Origin: Gracilinanus agilis
Taxonomy: Eukaryota
DNA: 64,000 nucleotides
Reading direction: 5' to 3'
NCBI RefSeq assembly: GCF_016433145.1
Contig: NC_058134.1
Coordinates: forward strand, 124,559,305-124,623,304
Every line of letters begins with the position of its first letter. Position 1 is the stretch's first letter. Made by a program: the position numbers and the translations under genes. Below, piece by piece: positions 1 through 12,892 of the stretch. The notes under the pieces are model-generated. The model was not told where the DNA came from. It saw nothing but the letters and a program-made list of their open reading frames with translations, and made no database searches.

Positions 1-2730
1 ATTTCCTCATTGTTTATACTGCCTTTAATCAGGATGTAATGACCTTCCCTGTCTTTTTTAATCATATCTATTTTTACTTTGGCTTTGTCAGAAATCATAA
101 TAGCCACTCCTGCCTTCTTTTTCTCATTTGACGCCCAAAAGATTTTGCTCAAACCCTGAACCTTAAACTTGTGTATGTCCACCCGCCTCATATGTGTTTC
201 TTGTAGACAACATATGGTGGGATTTTGGTTTCTAATCCACTCTGCTATTTGCTTCTGTTTTATGAGCGAGTTCATCCCATTCACATTCAGAGTTATAATC
301 ATCAGTTGTGCATTTGCTGACATTTTCGAATCCTCCCCTATTCCTTCCCCCTTTTTCCTTATACTTTTTTCCTTTTAAACCAGTGGTTTGCTATTGAGCC
401 GCTATCCCTTATCCCTTCCCTTGATTAACTTCCCTTTCAACCCCCTCCATTATTTCCCCCCCCCTTTTTGTTTTTAAAGGCCTTATGAATTCCCTCCCCG
501 TTCTCCCTTCCCTTTTTTTGACCTCCCCCTCCCCTGCTCCCCTTAGTTTATCCCTTCTAAATTTCTCAGAAGGGTTAGATAAGAGTTTTATGTCCCAATG
601 GATAGTATAGCTACTCTTCCCTCTCCAGGTTGATTACTCTGAGAGTAAGGTTTGATTATTACCTCTTAATGCTCTCTTCTTCTCCTTCTTATAATAGTAT
701 TTGTCCCCTCTCCCTCCCATGCCCTCTTTGTGTATAATAGAATATCCTATTTTTCTTATTCACTCAAGTTTCTCTTGGTGTCCCCTGCTATTCACCCCCT
801 CTTTCCCATTCCCCATGTCATCTTAGATTATTTAGTGTTCCACTCTCACCCTGTGAATTATTCTTCTGATTACTATAATAGTGAATACTATAATAGTGAA
901 TAGAGTTGACTACAGAGAATTATACATAACATTTCTCTACATAGAAATACAAATAATTAGATCTCACTGAGGCCCTTAAAAAGGCAAATTTAAAAATTAT
1001 GAGCTTTCTTTCTTTCCCCTCTGTATCTTATTTACCTTTTCAGGTTTCTCTCGATTTTTGTGGTTGGATATCAAACTTTCTATTTAGCCCTGGTCTTTTC
1101 TGTGCAAATACCTGGAATTCTTCAATTTTGTTGAATGCTCATACTTTCCCCTGGAAATATATAGTCAATTTTGATGGGTAGTTGATCTGTGGTTGCAGGC
1201 CCAGCTCTCTTGCCTTTCTGAATATCGTATTCCAAGCCTTGCGATCTTTTAGCGTGGAGGCTGCCAGATCCTCTGTGATCCTGATTGGTATTCCTTGATA
1301 TTTGAATTGTTTCTTTCTGGCTTCTTGTAAGATTTTTTCTTTTGCTTGGAAACTTCTGGGTGTTTTCTGGATCGAATGTCGCAGGTGTTCTATGAATCCT
1401 TTCAATGTCTATATTGCCCTCTTGTTGTAGGACTTCAGGGCAATTTTGCTGAATTATTTCTGTTAGTATGGAGTCCAGGTTTCTATTAATTTCTGGTTTT
1501 TCTGGAAGACCAATTATTCTCAAGTTGTCTCTTCTAGACCGGTTTTCTCGGTCTGTCACTCTCTCATTGAGATATTTCATGTTTCCGTCTATTTTTTCAG
1601 TCTTTTCACTTTGTTTTATTTGTTCTTGTTGTCTTGAGAGATCGTTAGCTTCTAATTGCTCAATTCTAGCCTTTAGGGATTGGTTTTCGGCTATAATCTT
1701 CTGGTTTTCGGCCATAATCTTCTGGTATTCCATTTCAATCTCGTCATTTCTGGTGTTCAATTTGCTTATCAGTTCATTTGGTTTCTGAGCCTCACTTTCC
1801 AATTGCAAGATTCTACCTTTTAAACTGTTATTTTCTTGCCAGAGCTCTTCCATTTTCCTCAAAATCTCAGTTTTGAACTCTTCCATAGCTTGTGAGTAGT
1901 TTTCCTTATTTGAGGAGGGTCCAGATGCTTGTTTGTTCTCCTCTTCTGTTTGCTCGGTTGTCTGGATTTTCTCTGTGTAAAAGTTGTCGAGCGTTAAAGA
2001 CTTCTTTTTCTTGTTGTTAATCTTTCTCTTCTGAACTTCCTGAGACTGCGTAGCCATCGTTAGCACAGCAGCTTCTCAGCTTTATCCTCGCGCTGGGGGT
2101 CTGTCCACGGTCTTTTGGCTCCTGAGTTTTGAGTTCTGGTTTTTTCCAAGGTCAAGCCCCCTGGTGGACCCCCTTGCTTGATCCTCTACCGGAGGTTTCT
2201 TTACAAGTCTCAGGGCGCTGCTTCCACAGTTGTATACCCATCTGCACTGGTTCCCCACTCAGGATTTCAGAGTTTTAGCTTGTGGCTGTGTCTGCCTCCA
2301 CCCACGCCTCCGCCCATGCCTGCGCTCTGAGCCTGCGTTCTGCTCCCACGCTCAGGTTTGTGTGTGTGTGTTTTTTTTAGCTTTTTGGGGTCCTAAATCT
2401 TGCTGCTCTCAGGAACAGGCCCCGGAGCTGCCAATGACTCGATGGGTGCCCCAAACTTGCTCTATTTCTTTTTAGCTGGCTTCGGCGCTATAGGTGTTGT
2501 GTGTGGAGGGGGTGGGGGTGGGGTGGTTGCTCAGCCTGCGATTTAGTGAGAGCTGTTTCACCCCTTTATAGCATGGAAATGTCCCAATTCCACGTACCTT
2601 CCACGCTGTGCCCTGTTGTGGGGTTCCTCCATTCGCCTGGACTCGTTTTTATGTCCCCTTGAGGAGTTTTGTGTGTTTTGGTCAGGAGAGGTTAAGAGCT
2701 GCTTCTTACTCTGCTGCTATCTTAACCCGG
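1..2730 (-). mobile_element. LINE-1 (opossum L1_Mdo-like), 5'-intact, inactive: 5'UTR 2730-2067, ORF1 from 2066 (frameshift near 1355, stop at 1139), long inter-ORF region, ORF2 endonuclease start at 302 running off the window
   Basis: ORF1p coiled coil plus RRRDNLRIIGLPE RRM motif; ORF2 start MIITLNVNGMNS...CCLQETH; 5' end GGTTAAGATAGCAGCAGAG. Confidence 0.95.
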
Positions 2731-3854
2731 AAAAAAACCCAAGAAGTATGTTTTTTGACTAAGACATTGGTTATTTCAACACAGAAGAGCTTGGAGAGGA
2801 AGAAGTAATGGTTTGATAATTCAGTTTACTGTCAGGATTTCCAGCCAGAGGATTGAGATCTTTTAAAAAGTCTTAGTGTCCAAGGAAGACACAATATCTA
2901 CCACTCAGATCTACCACTCAGAGGGGAATTAGTCATACTCCTAAGTGACCAGGAGTATAAGAGCAACAGATAATTGCTTAGGTGGGACCTAAGGAGGGCA
3001 GTTAGTTCCCTGTTTCAGATAGATCTGTCTGGATCAGACAATGGCTTCTATCAAGAGGATTGAGATAAGATGAAATTGTACTCTGGTACCCTTTTGAAAG
3101 TCTGAGAAATCAAGGAAGACTTTCCTATCCTGAGAGGATTTTTGACAGGACCAAGAGAGAGACCTGAAGCTAGAAGCTATACCCTTTGTGCCTCTAACTC
3201 TCCAGCAATGGAGTTTCATAAGAAATGGAAGTTATTTATAAGACCTGACTTACTAGTTGCTGGGGACAGTTAGTGAATAGCGCAGGCTAATAACTGCAAG
3301 CCAGTGGTTCTAAAGATATTAAGGGGTCAGAATGGGCATCTCTCTGCTAGAGTGCCAGGATGATCTAACCAGGCTGACATGTTTCTCCAGGAACAATGGA
3401 AGTGGTTATACATAAAGCCAGATGGCACCCATTAATGAAGTGAATATAATATACTTTGAATGTAATCCTGATAGAAGGGCAAAATACTATAGTTGAAAGA
3501 GAGCTGGATTCATAGCCAGGAAGAACTAGATTCAAAGCCTTACTCTGACACATACTGGCTATTTGATCTTGGGAAAGTCCCTTCACACTGCTCTAGGCAA
3601 TACCCTTAAGGTGGTAACTTGCATAGAAGGTACAGACCCCTACTAGCAGAGAGGGCTTCCATAACCAAGAATTTCTTCTGATAATGAAATGACAGATTCT
3701 AATCTCTATCCCCCTATATAACCCTAATAGGTGATGCTATGTACTATATATTGAATGTAACCTGGGTATTTGGATTACAGAATATAACTTTTTCATACAC
3801 ACGTGTGTATATGCATGCTATTGCTGGTTAGTTCATGTTATGTTTATGCCTATG

Positions 3855-4479
3855 TGTGTGGACTCCATTAGTGGTGGGCAAAACTGTTGCCAGCCTGGGA
3901 GACCTCAGAGCAAAGGACACCCTGCTTCCTGATTTCCCCTGGGATCCTGTGTGGTGTGGCATCTAAGAAAAGGACAAATCTACAGAGCCAAGAGAGGAGG
4001 AGAAGTTTGAAAACTGGAGGACAGTGCTTCAAGCAGAGCCCTCTCTACCTGGTACCTGAGATCATCTTGACTCCTGGCATCCAGAGATCATCAGTGGATT
4101 GCAGTGAGAATCCCAAAGCCACAAAGTCCTAGCTGTACTCAAGCCTGGCAGGTTCCAGGTTTGAGGCAGAAACCCAGAGACTCCATTTATAGCTCCTTGG
4201 GCCCTGTTAGTTTAAATCACTTAGATAAGAGTAGCATAAGTCCTCCCATTGCCCTGTGGTTTTATCCCTTAGATTTTAAATATAGAAATCCTTTCCCACC
4301 TTTTAGTCTAACATAATTAAAGCTGTTAAGTCCCTTTTACCTTGTTAGCCTGTTAATACTCTGGTCTAGTGGAAGCTGGGTGACAGTTAAGATCAACTGC
4401 CATTCCTGTGGAAATCCAATAAACTCTGTTCTCTTCACCCTGGTCCAGTCTCTCTTAAATCCCAAAGTGTGTTCCCACA
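3855..4479 (+). mobile_element. Probable solo LTR
   Basis: AATAAA at 4418-4423 followed by a short U5-like segment ending in CA at 4479. The left boundary is uncertain. Confidence 0.45.
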
Positions 4480-4550
4480 AACCCCTTAGTTTATTATAAT
4501 ATCCCTGGTGACCCCATTACCTCACTTATATTTTCTGACACTATGTGTAT

Positions 4551-4800
4551 GCAGCTAGCTGATAAAGTGGGTACAGTAATGAATATAAAGAGTAAAGAGT
4601 CAGGACGACCTGAGTTCAAAGCCAGCTTCAGGCCTTTACTTATCTGTGTGACCCTGAGGAAGTCATTTAAGCTCTTTTAGACTCAGTTTCTCATCTGTAA
4701 AATGGGTGGTAGCACCTACCTCCCATGGTTGCTGTGAGGATTAAATGAGATAATATTTGTAAAGTTTGTTGCAAACCTAAAAGTACAATACAATTTCTAG
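4551..4800 (+). mobile_element. CORE-SINE (MIR-like)
   Basis: B-box-like GAGTTCAAAG and CORE motif TGTGTGACCCTG...CTCAGTTTCTCATCTGTAAAATGGG. Confidence 0.8.
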
Positions 4801-6176
4801 TAATGATCATTATCAAACCCATATATCTTTTTGTCATCGTGAAATTCCACACACCTGTATTTGTATTGTGGATCTGAGATAATTACTGATGATAATGTTC
4901 GATTCAAATGTATGCATGTTTTTGTTGCTTTTAAAGCATTTCATAACTTTTCCTTCTCTGCACTACTTTTCCAGCTGAACTGAGCATCAAGCCCCTTCTG
5001 TACGTTACCATCTAGATAGACTGACTTTATTGTTCTTCACACAGAATACTCCATTTCCCATCTCTCTGCTATGTATCATTTTAATAAGTGCAGCACTCTC
5101 ACATCTGGGTTGATGCCTTTTAAACAGTCCTTCCGAAATATCACTTCCCATTGGGCTGATTTCTTGATTTTCATGATCTCCAGAAACTCATCCTTCTTCA
5201 GGATGAAATCAGCTCTGAAACTCAAGCCTCTTCAGATCATTTCCCATCTCTATTGCAGGACTTCATCATGTCCCATCCCCAGCCAAAGTTACCTTCCTAT
5301 TCCCAGCCACTTTCCAGCTTCTTTTCTTAATGTTATGATTCCCTCTTATATTGTGAACTCTTAGAGAGCAGAGATTCCTGTCTTTGTTTGTTCAGCCTAT
5401 AACACATAGTAGACACTTAATGAATGTTTATTGACTGTGTTGAAGAATTACTTTATAGTTGCCCCACACTCCATCTTGTCTAGCACTGGAGAAACCATTA
5501 GTTTGGAACTGAGCAGGATTTGAGGTCTGGTGTCACAAAAACTAGTGGTCACTGACTGAACAATTTCCTGGGCTGCTGTGGAGCTGACTTCTTATAATTC
5601 TCTTGGAGGCTGTATCATTACTCAAGGGATCACTTCAGAGATTGTGGTTTGCCCATTTGTTGACATGTTTCCTAATTTACTTAAAGAATAGTCTTCCTAG
5701 ATCAATGCTAGCCAGAACTCTGAATCCTTGACCAATCCAGTTGGACTGAAGGGGGTAGGAAAATACAGGGACAGTTTCTCCCTTGGCCAAATTTAATATT
5801 TGAATGTTATAAGCACTAAACAATAGAATGTATGTGATAAATGTTGAGCATATTGCAAGGTCCTTGTTTTAGTTAGCCAAGGCAAACTTTCAGGCATCAC
5901 TAGTGATAAGAGACATTTTCTCTACAGCTCTAAAGATGAAGGTGTTGGGACCATTCCAACCACAAATGTATAAGCACACACCCACATATATATATGTGTG
6001 TATATATATATGTGCATATATATATATATATGCTTATATTTAAACAGGAGCTTTGTTTGACTGGGGCAAGAGTAATCACAAAGTAAATTTGGTGTTAGAT
6101 ATCCTGCTATTTATTCTAGTTTTTATAATGAAAAGGAAATAAATCCAATAAATGTCTACATTTAATTACATATAGT

Positions 6177-6430
6177 GGGGCAGCTAAATGGCAAAGTGAA
6201 TAGAGTGCAGAGCTTGAAGTCAGGAAGACCCATCTTCCTGGGTTTAAATCTGCCCTCAGATACTTACTAGTTGTGTGACCCTGGGCATGTCACTTAACCC
6301 TGTTTGCTTCAGTTCCTCATCTGTAAAATGAGCTGAAGAAGGAAACATCAAACTACACCAATAGCTTTGCCAAGAAAACTCCAAATGAGGTCAAGAAGAA
6401 TTGGAGACAACTGAAAAGTCTGAACAACAA
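6177..6430 (+). mobile_element. MAR1-type CORE-SINE with RTE-derived tail
   Basis: CORE followed by the GAAGGAAA...TTTGCCAAGAAAACTCCAAATG...ACAACTGAA tail. Further copies at 55741-55975 and 63130-63340. Confidence 0.8.
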
Positions 6431-9179
6431 TTATATGTTGTGGGCAGTGTGACATGGAATGTAGGAATTAAACACTTTCCAGGTGATATTTCTGGCACTT
6501 TTATGGCACTTATGGTTTTATAAAGCACATTGATGATCTAATTTGATCCTCAAAATAGACTTGTGAGGCAGTTAGGAGATATAATAGGTAGAACACTGGA
6601 CTTGAAAGTAGTTCTGGCTTCAAATCCTGACTTTCATACTTATTAACCCAGGAAAAATAATTTTATCTCTTTAATCTTCAGTTTCCTGATTAGATATATA
6701 TAAATCTGTGCACAAACATGTATATACCTATATATAATATATAATAATAGTGCTTGATTGAGGTCATGAGGACAAAAAGAAATTACATATGTAAAGTGCT
6801 TTCAGATATTATTACTACAGGTATTATTATCTCCATTTTACAGATGAGGATGCTGAGTCTCAGAGAACTTAAATGACATAAGGCAGTATGGTACAGGAAA
6901 AAGAGCTCTGGCTTTGAAGTCAGAGACCTGGATTCAAATTCCAAATCTATCTCTTGTGAACTTCTCTGAAATTTGTAGTTTTAGAAAGTTGCCTAAGCCA
7001 CTGAGAAATTAAGTGGCTTGTCCAGAGTCAAACAGCCATTATTTGTCAGAGGCAGGCTTAAATTTAAGTCTTCTCAGTTCCAACTCTCCATCAACTATGC
7101 TGTTCCATCTCTCTTTAAGAGTAAAGAATTTAAAAAGCACAAGTAAATTGAAATGAAAATGTCCTGACTGGCTAGATGGAGAGTCAGTATTGCTAAGCCC
7201 TAAACAGTATAAAACATATAACCAGGGAGGAGGAGAGAAGGGAGCAAATCAAAAACAGAATGAGAGCTTGTCTTGAGCATTTTTTCCTGGAAGGTATACC
7301 AGAAAAGAGGAATTTGATAACGCAATTGGAAATGTAACCTAGGGGAGACATAGGGCACATACATAGAACAGTTTTGTCCTGTGTTCCTGCCAGGAAAAAC
7401 AGAATAATTGAAGGATTAGAAATAAATAAGTACATTGACCTGAGATTGAAACCTAGAGGAATGTTTCATTAAGAACCCAGTTGCCTGATAGTATTAAACT
7501 GCAGCAAGCTGAAGTGAATAATAAGACTTCAACTATTTATCTACACATAATTCTTGTCCCCTCCCCACCATTTTCCCCATCCTCCCTGCTTCTTCCTTCC
7601 CTTGATTCTATTTATTGGATGACAGAATACCCATGTGATGAATTAAAGAAACTTTCGGGAGAAAGTGAGAGAAGGACAAACCAAATAGGAGAAGTGGAGG
7701 TGAGAAACCAAGGAAATGTTTAGAAGAAAAGGAGGAAAAACACTACCTGCAGTCTTTGGAACAGAAATGGTAGGAGGCAAAAGTTACCCAAGATATAATC
7801 TTCTTTCCCTTTCACACACAGCCAAAACAAGCCAAATATGCCACCAAATCAAGAATTAGCTCACCGTCAGAAAGCCCCAAATTCTGTAAATACATAAATA
7901 GTCATCATAAAGCCTATAATTCCAGGCTTCAGGACATAGTGTTCAGAAAGTATTCTAGAAGAAGTCCATCTGTACTGGTTCGGGTATCTGGGAGTGGAAC
8001 TGTTGCATAAATTGAGATGTGTTGAAAGCTCAGCTCTGCAAGTATCCATCTAGCAAACATTATTTTTATTCTGAGAATTGTTTGCACTCCAGAAGCTTCC
8101 TGCCTTTCATCTACTCTATATGAATCTTATGTTTACATAGTTGACATATCTTCTATATTCTCTCCATCATTAGAATTTATGCTCTGTGAGTACAAGGCCT
8201 TTGTTTTTGCCTTTCTTGGTTTTCCTAGGGCTTTTCGGAGTGCCTGTTAAAAAATAAGGCTTAATAAATTCTTATTGACTATCTAACATACAGAAAGAAG
8301 ACTTTCCTTATTTCCTACAGAGATGAGAACTGAGAGATTTGGGAGTATTTGGATAGAGTTGATACTTTAGAAGATATCTGTCTACAGTCAAATTGCATTG
8401 TCACTTCCTAAGATTCAAGGGAGGATTTAAAAAAACAACTTGAGGAAAAACAAAACAAAAATCAAAAACAAAATGAAGCCTTCTCTTCACATGAGACAGA
8501 CAGAGAGAGAGATCTCTTCCCTCCTAAACTTCGCTACCCAAAGGAATCCCCTCTTCTGTCTTCAGTCTGGTGGATTGATCAATTCTGTCCTCCTTCCCCC
8601 TCCCCCTCATCAGAGAGTCACAGGCATGCCGTTTTCTCAAAGGTCATTAAGTTCTCTGGGCCTCATAATGTCTCCCATGATTCCAGATTCTGACATCTGG
8701 ATTTTCTCCTCAAATGCCAGCCTTTTGCCTATTTTTTCCCAGCTCACAACATGCCCTTTGCAGCTCAGCTATGTGCCTGAGGTCCAGGGAAGGAGACCTT
8801 CCCAGCTTCCAAGTTGTATGGGTATGGGGAGCCTGAGTCTCCAGAAGGGTCCGACGTGGCTTAGAAAAGTAGAGGAGGGAGAAAAGAGCAGAACTTTCTA
8901 AAGCTTAGTTATTCTCCGTTTGTGCAGGCGCTGCCCCCACCCCCATTCTGCCTCAGGGCTCAAAGAGCAGTGCTTCAGCAGAACTGAGAAGCCGTAGGGA
9001 CAGATAGACGGAGGGCGCTTTGATAGCTAGAGTCGGAGACCTCCTAAAAATAGAGGGCCATTATGATTAACCTGGGTGTTCTTTATTTCCAGAATGGAGA
9101 GTCTAGGGTCTGGGAAAGAGGGAGAAAAAAACAGGATTCCACAGCTGACATAAGAACGATTATCTCCACTTGCTAAAAC

Positions 9180-10100
9180 TAGAAGGCGCAAGAAGATGCA
9201 GAGCTATTTTGGAGAGGTGGCGCCGTGCGCTCTGTGGGGTAATTCAAGTGGAGGCTTTTCAGAGAGAGGGACTGCCAAGATTAGAGGTAGGTCTTCTGAT
9301 GACGAGAACCTTGATTTTGTGATGGGATAGAAAAGAGAAAGCCTAGAAGTGGTAATAGGTTGAAGTCTTTTCCCCGCCCCACCAGGGTTCCTTGCGCCTA
9401 CCGCGCCCTGCACTCTCCAGCTTTACGCACGGGCCTCAGCAGGTAGTGGGGCCTTGAAGGGCAGGGCAAAGTGGTTGAGCCTGGTCTCGGGAGAGCGGGA
9501 CTTTCTCCTGAACTGTAGATTTCTATATTAGGGCCTTCTCTGGGTAGAAAACGCTAAGCAGGCTGGGTTATACAGTGAGACTGGTGGAGGACAGAAGAGT
9601 CCGGTCAACCTCGGAGAGGGGCGCACAACCTGGTTGGCGGGTGGCTAGGTCTTCGGGTTAATGTATAATTGTGAGCAGATGGCGGGGGCAGGCGGCAGCT
9701 TGGGGGCCAAGCTAGCTAATGAGGGACAATTAGCCCCGGGATGGGGTGGGGGCTGTTGGGGGAACCTGGTCGCAAAGGTTGATATTTGCTCCTCAAATAG
9801 TGCAGTAAGCTGGGCAGAGGGCTGAGTAGCTAAGCCTCTGGGCTTACCTTGGCTCCCCCCTCCTTTGGAGCCCAGCTCCCAGGCACCCTTCCACCCCAGT
9901 CCCCCCCTGGTCTGGAGCCTGTATTTGCTCACTCCGGAGCGCGCCGTTGTAAAGGCAGGGGGAGGGAGAGGTTTATGGGGGAAATCACAGTCACCACCAT
10001 CTGCCAAGGCTTGTCTTAGCACAACCCCCCTATATCCCCACCCAACCCCCATCCTCATGCAGCTGTTTACTAGAAGATCATGGCCTGGGGTGCAGCGACC
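9180..10100. promoter_or_regulatory. CpG-rich region upstream of PAX4 containing the putative endocrine enhancer core (HNF1-like site 9657-9669, E-box CAGATG 9676-9681, TAAT boxes 9717-9732)
   Basis: Dense CpGs against a CpG-poor background. GTTAATGTATAAT lies directly next to CAGATG, the arrangement known for the mammalian PAX4 pancreatic enhancer. Confidence 0.7.
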
Positions 10101-11201
10101 TGAATCTCCTTAACACTGTGGGCATTGCTGTGGGCTAGACTTAGGGATCTGTGATGGATAGGAGGGAAGATTTGTTGAACAACAGCTTTAAGTAGGTCTC
10201 ATTAAACATTATTCCTTGTTTCTTAAACCACTCAGGCCCAAGGGGATAATTGATTATCCAGGGACAAACAGCAGCAGGCAGGAACTGAACCAGGCATTCC
10301 CACTAACAGGGGTGCTTTCCACGTTCTGCGGTCCTGAATCCATCTTTCAGGACCCACCCTTACACTTAGCCAAAGTCAATAGAACTGCTTTGATAGAGCT
10401 GAGGGAAAAGTGCTGAAATAATGAAAGATTTGTGAGCTTTGGGCTAAGGAAGAAACACCCTTAATTGGTACATGGAGCATAGAGCTGTAGTCTGAAAGAA
10501 GATTGTTCCCCTTCTTTCATATGCACTCTGAACTCTGCTCCTTAATCAATAAAAAATAAAGAATTTAGAGAAATGTATAGCACATCTCCACAAAACACAG
10601 GCACTCCCACCCCTAGCTGAGTCAGACCTCATTGACCCTTTATTGCTGACTGTCCCATAATTTACTCTTACTGCTGATTTCTGTTAGGGTTTGACATTAT
10701 GATGTGAAGATACAGTGAGATTTCTGGGATTCTGGGCTTCCTTTTTCTTTGTCTCCCTCTTGTGAAGGGCCTAGCAAACCTTTAGAGAATCTAGATCAAC
10801 TTCTGTACTACCATCCTGTGCACCTCAAAATGGAGACCTAGCCAATATGTGGAGACAGTTGTGCATATTGAGTTTCACTCTTTATGATAACGAATATACA
10901 TATAGTAATCTTGTGAAAAGGGAAGACAGTTAGCACTTAGGATTGAAGGAGGAAGAGCTAAGGCTACACTCCAACCCACAGGCATCCCCACATTCTCCTC
11001 TACATACACCTATTGGTATCATTCCTACCACTTCATCAATATATAGCAACAACAAGATGCCATTGCTCTCATACTAGCAACTTCCCCAAGAAGTCACCAA
11101 AATAAGGTAAAAGACTGAAGATTCTATGAGGTCTCATTCCATGTAAAGCCTACTACCAAATATATGCCCATCATGCTCAGTGGCCTAGTGTTTGAGATCT
11201 C

Positions 11202-11335
11202 NNNNNNNNNNNNNNNNNNNNNNNNNNNNNNNNNNNNNNNNNNNNNNNNNNNNNNNNNNNNNNNNNNNNNNNNNNNNNNNNNNNNNNNNNNNNNNNNNNN
11301 NNNNNNNNNNNNNNNNNNNNNNNNNNNNNNNNNNN
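11202..11335. other. Assembly gap (134 N)
   Basis: N run. A second gap of 15 N lies at 21592-21606, at a SINE tail. Confidence 1.
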
Positions 11336-11789
11336 CATTTACATATTTTCTATGATATGCATCTATGTGGAAATAAAATATGGCATATATCTCAGCAAAA
11401 CCACAGTTGAAATGGAAGAAATATACTCAGATATATGTGCTGATAAATTTCTTTGTATCTGTGTCCAGGAATGTTCAGGTATGTATCTTTATATGAATGT
11501 GTTGACATGACTTTGACAGTTAATTAGAAATATTTCTGGATTCCTCTATACGGTGTGTTCCTTAGACTTTTCTCTCCATATGAATGGGGACATGGAGAGT
11601 GTTCATAATATGCATGTTTATGTTTGCATTTATGTATGTATATATGTACATGAATGGAAATATGTGTCTGTCCACCCCAAAAGGCCTGGCCCAGGTGGAT
11701 GCTTGGTGATGGGAGGTGTGTGGACAAGGTAGAATCTCAGCCTTTAGAACTTGGGGAGTGAATAGGGAAGGTAGCTTTGGGCTGACTTG

Positions 11790-12102
11790 CCTCAGAAAAA
11801 GAGTCAGACCCATGGTGCACACCTCCCTCCTCCTCTCTCCTTTCCTCATGGCCTGTGACATCACTGGCTGCTCCCAGAAGCCTGCCCTCTGCACCTGAGC
11901 TCTGGCTCTTTATAGAACTGGACCCCCCCCCCCCCACCCCAAGGCAGCTCTAGAGTTGCTTCTCTGGTGAAGAGAGGGGAGGACTATTCCTGGGACCAGA
12001 ACTCACCACTCCAGGGTGCTTGAAGTGAAGCTCCAGCAATCTACCTTCTCAGAAGAGATTGGTTGATCTCTCACCTAAAGCTCCCCACTCAACTCCACAC
12101 AG
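11790..12102 (+). promoter_or_regulatory. Candidate PAX4 core promoter and non-coding first exon
   Basis: TATA-like TTTATAGAA at 11909-11917, TE-free context, possible donor CAG|gtagct at 12102/12103, about 2.2 kb downstream of the enhancer core. No transcript evidence. Confidence 0.3.
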
Positions 12103-12714
12103 GTAGCTCACCTTGCAAACTCATTGTCTGTTCTGCCTCTCTGTGTTGGCTCCATGTCTTTGTGTGTCCAATCCCAACCTAACTCTTTCTGCTGTCCTTG
12201 CAGCAACTTGTTCCTGCCTCTTTCATTCTTCTATCCTCCTCTCCTATTACCACAATCATCAATTATTTTGTTAAATAAGTTAATGTGCATGTTGTAAGCA
12301 TGTGTGTGGCTGTTGGAAATAGGATGCAAGTGTGGGTGTATATATTAGAGGAGGGTGATTTTAGAAGGAATGAGCCTGAGCTCCCCTCAGTTTCTTCACT
12401 CTTAATTTTCATCTATGGGAACAGATACTCCCAGGTTTCAAGTCTGAGTTGAAAACCTGCTACTTTCTTCACATTGCCTTTATGTAGTTCTTTTAGCCCC
12501 TTACTCCATTATCCTATTACTTTTCATAGCAGCCATTCAGAAGGGTGGAAAAGGGGACCAAAAGAAAGTACCCAAGCTAAGAAACTCAAATTCTTGGTGC
12601 CCTGTATTTTATTATTTACTTTACCTAGGCAGGGTCTATCTCTTGCTCAGTATGAAATGTTTTACCCATCTTTCTCAGTTTGGGGGAGAACAAGTGGTTG
12701 AAGAAACATGCACT

Positions 12715-12892
12715 TTATTTTTTAAACCCTTACCTTCCACTTTAGAATCAATTCTGTGTATTGGTTCCATGTCAGAAGAGTGGTAAAGACTAGGCAATGG
12801 GGTGAAGTGACTTGCTCAGGGTCACCCAGCTAGGAAGTGTATGGGTTCTGATTTGAACCTCCAACTCTGAGACTGGTTCTCAATCCACTAAG
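12715..12892 (-). mobile_element. Didelphid SINE (SINE1_Mdo-like)
   Basis: Matches the other copies (AAACCCTTACCTTC...GGCAATGGGG...GTGACTTGC). Confidence 0.85.

Noticed and set aside
169-1788. Plus-strand ORFs (69, 60 and 106 aa)
   Set aside because: Antisense to L1 ORF1/ORF2; not independent genes.
8440-8901. 153-aa + strand ORF (TTG start)
   Set aside because: Low-complexity start, no recognisable domain and no supporting splice structure.
11164-11410. ORFs spanning the N run
   Set aside because: Artefacts of the assembly gap.
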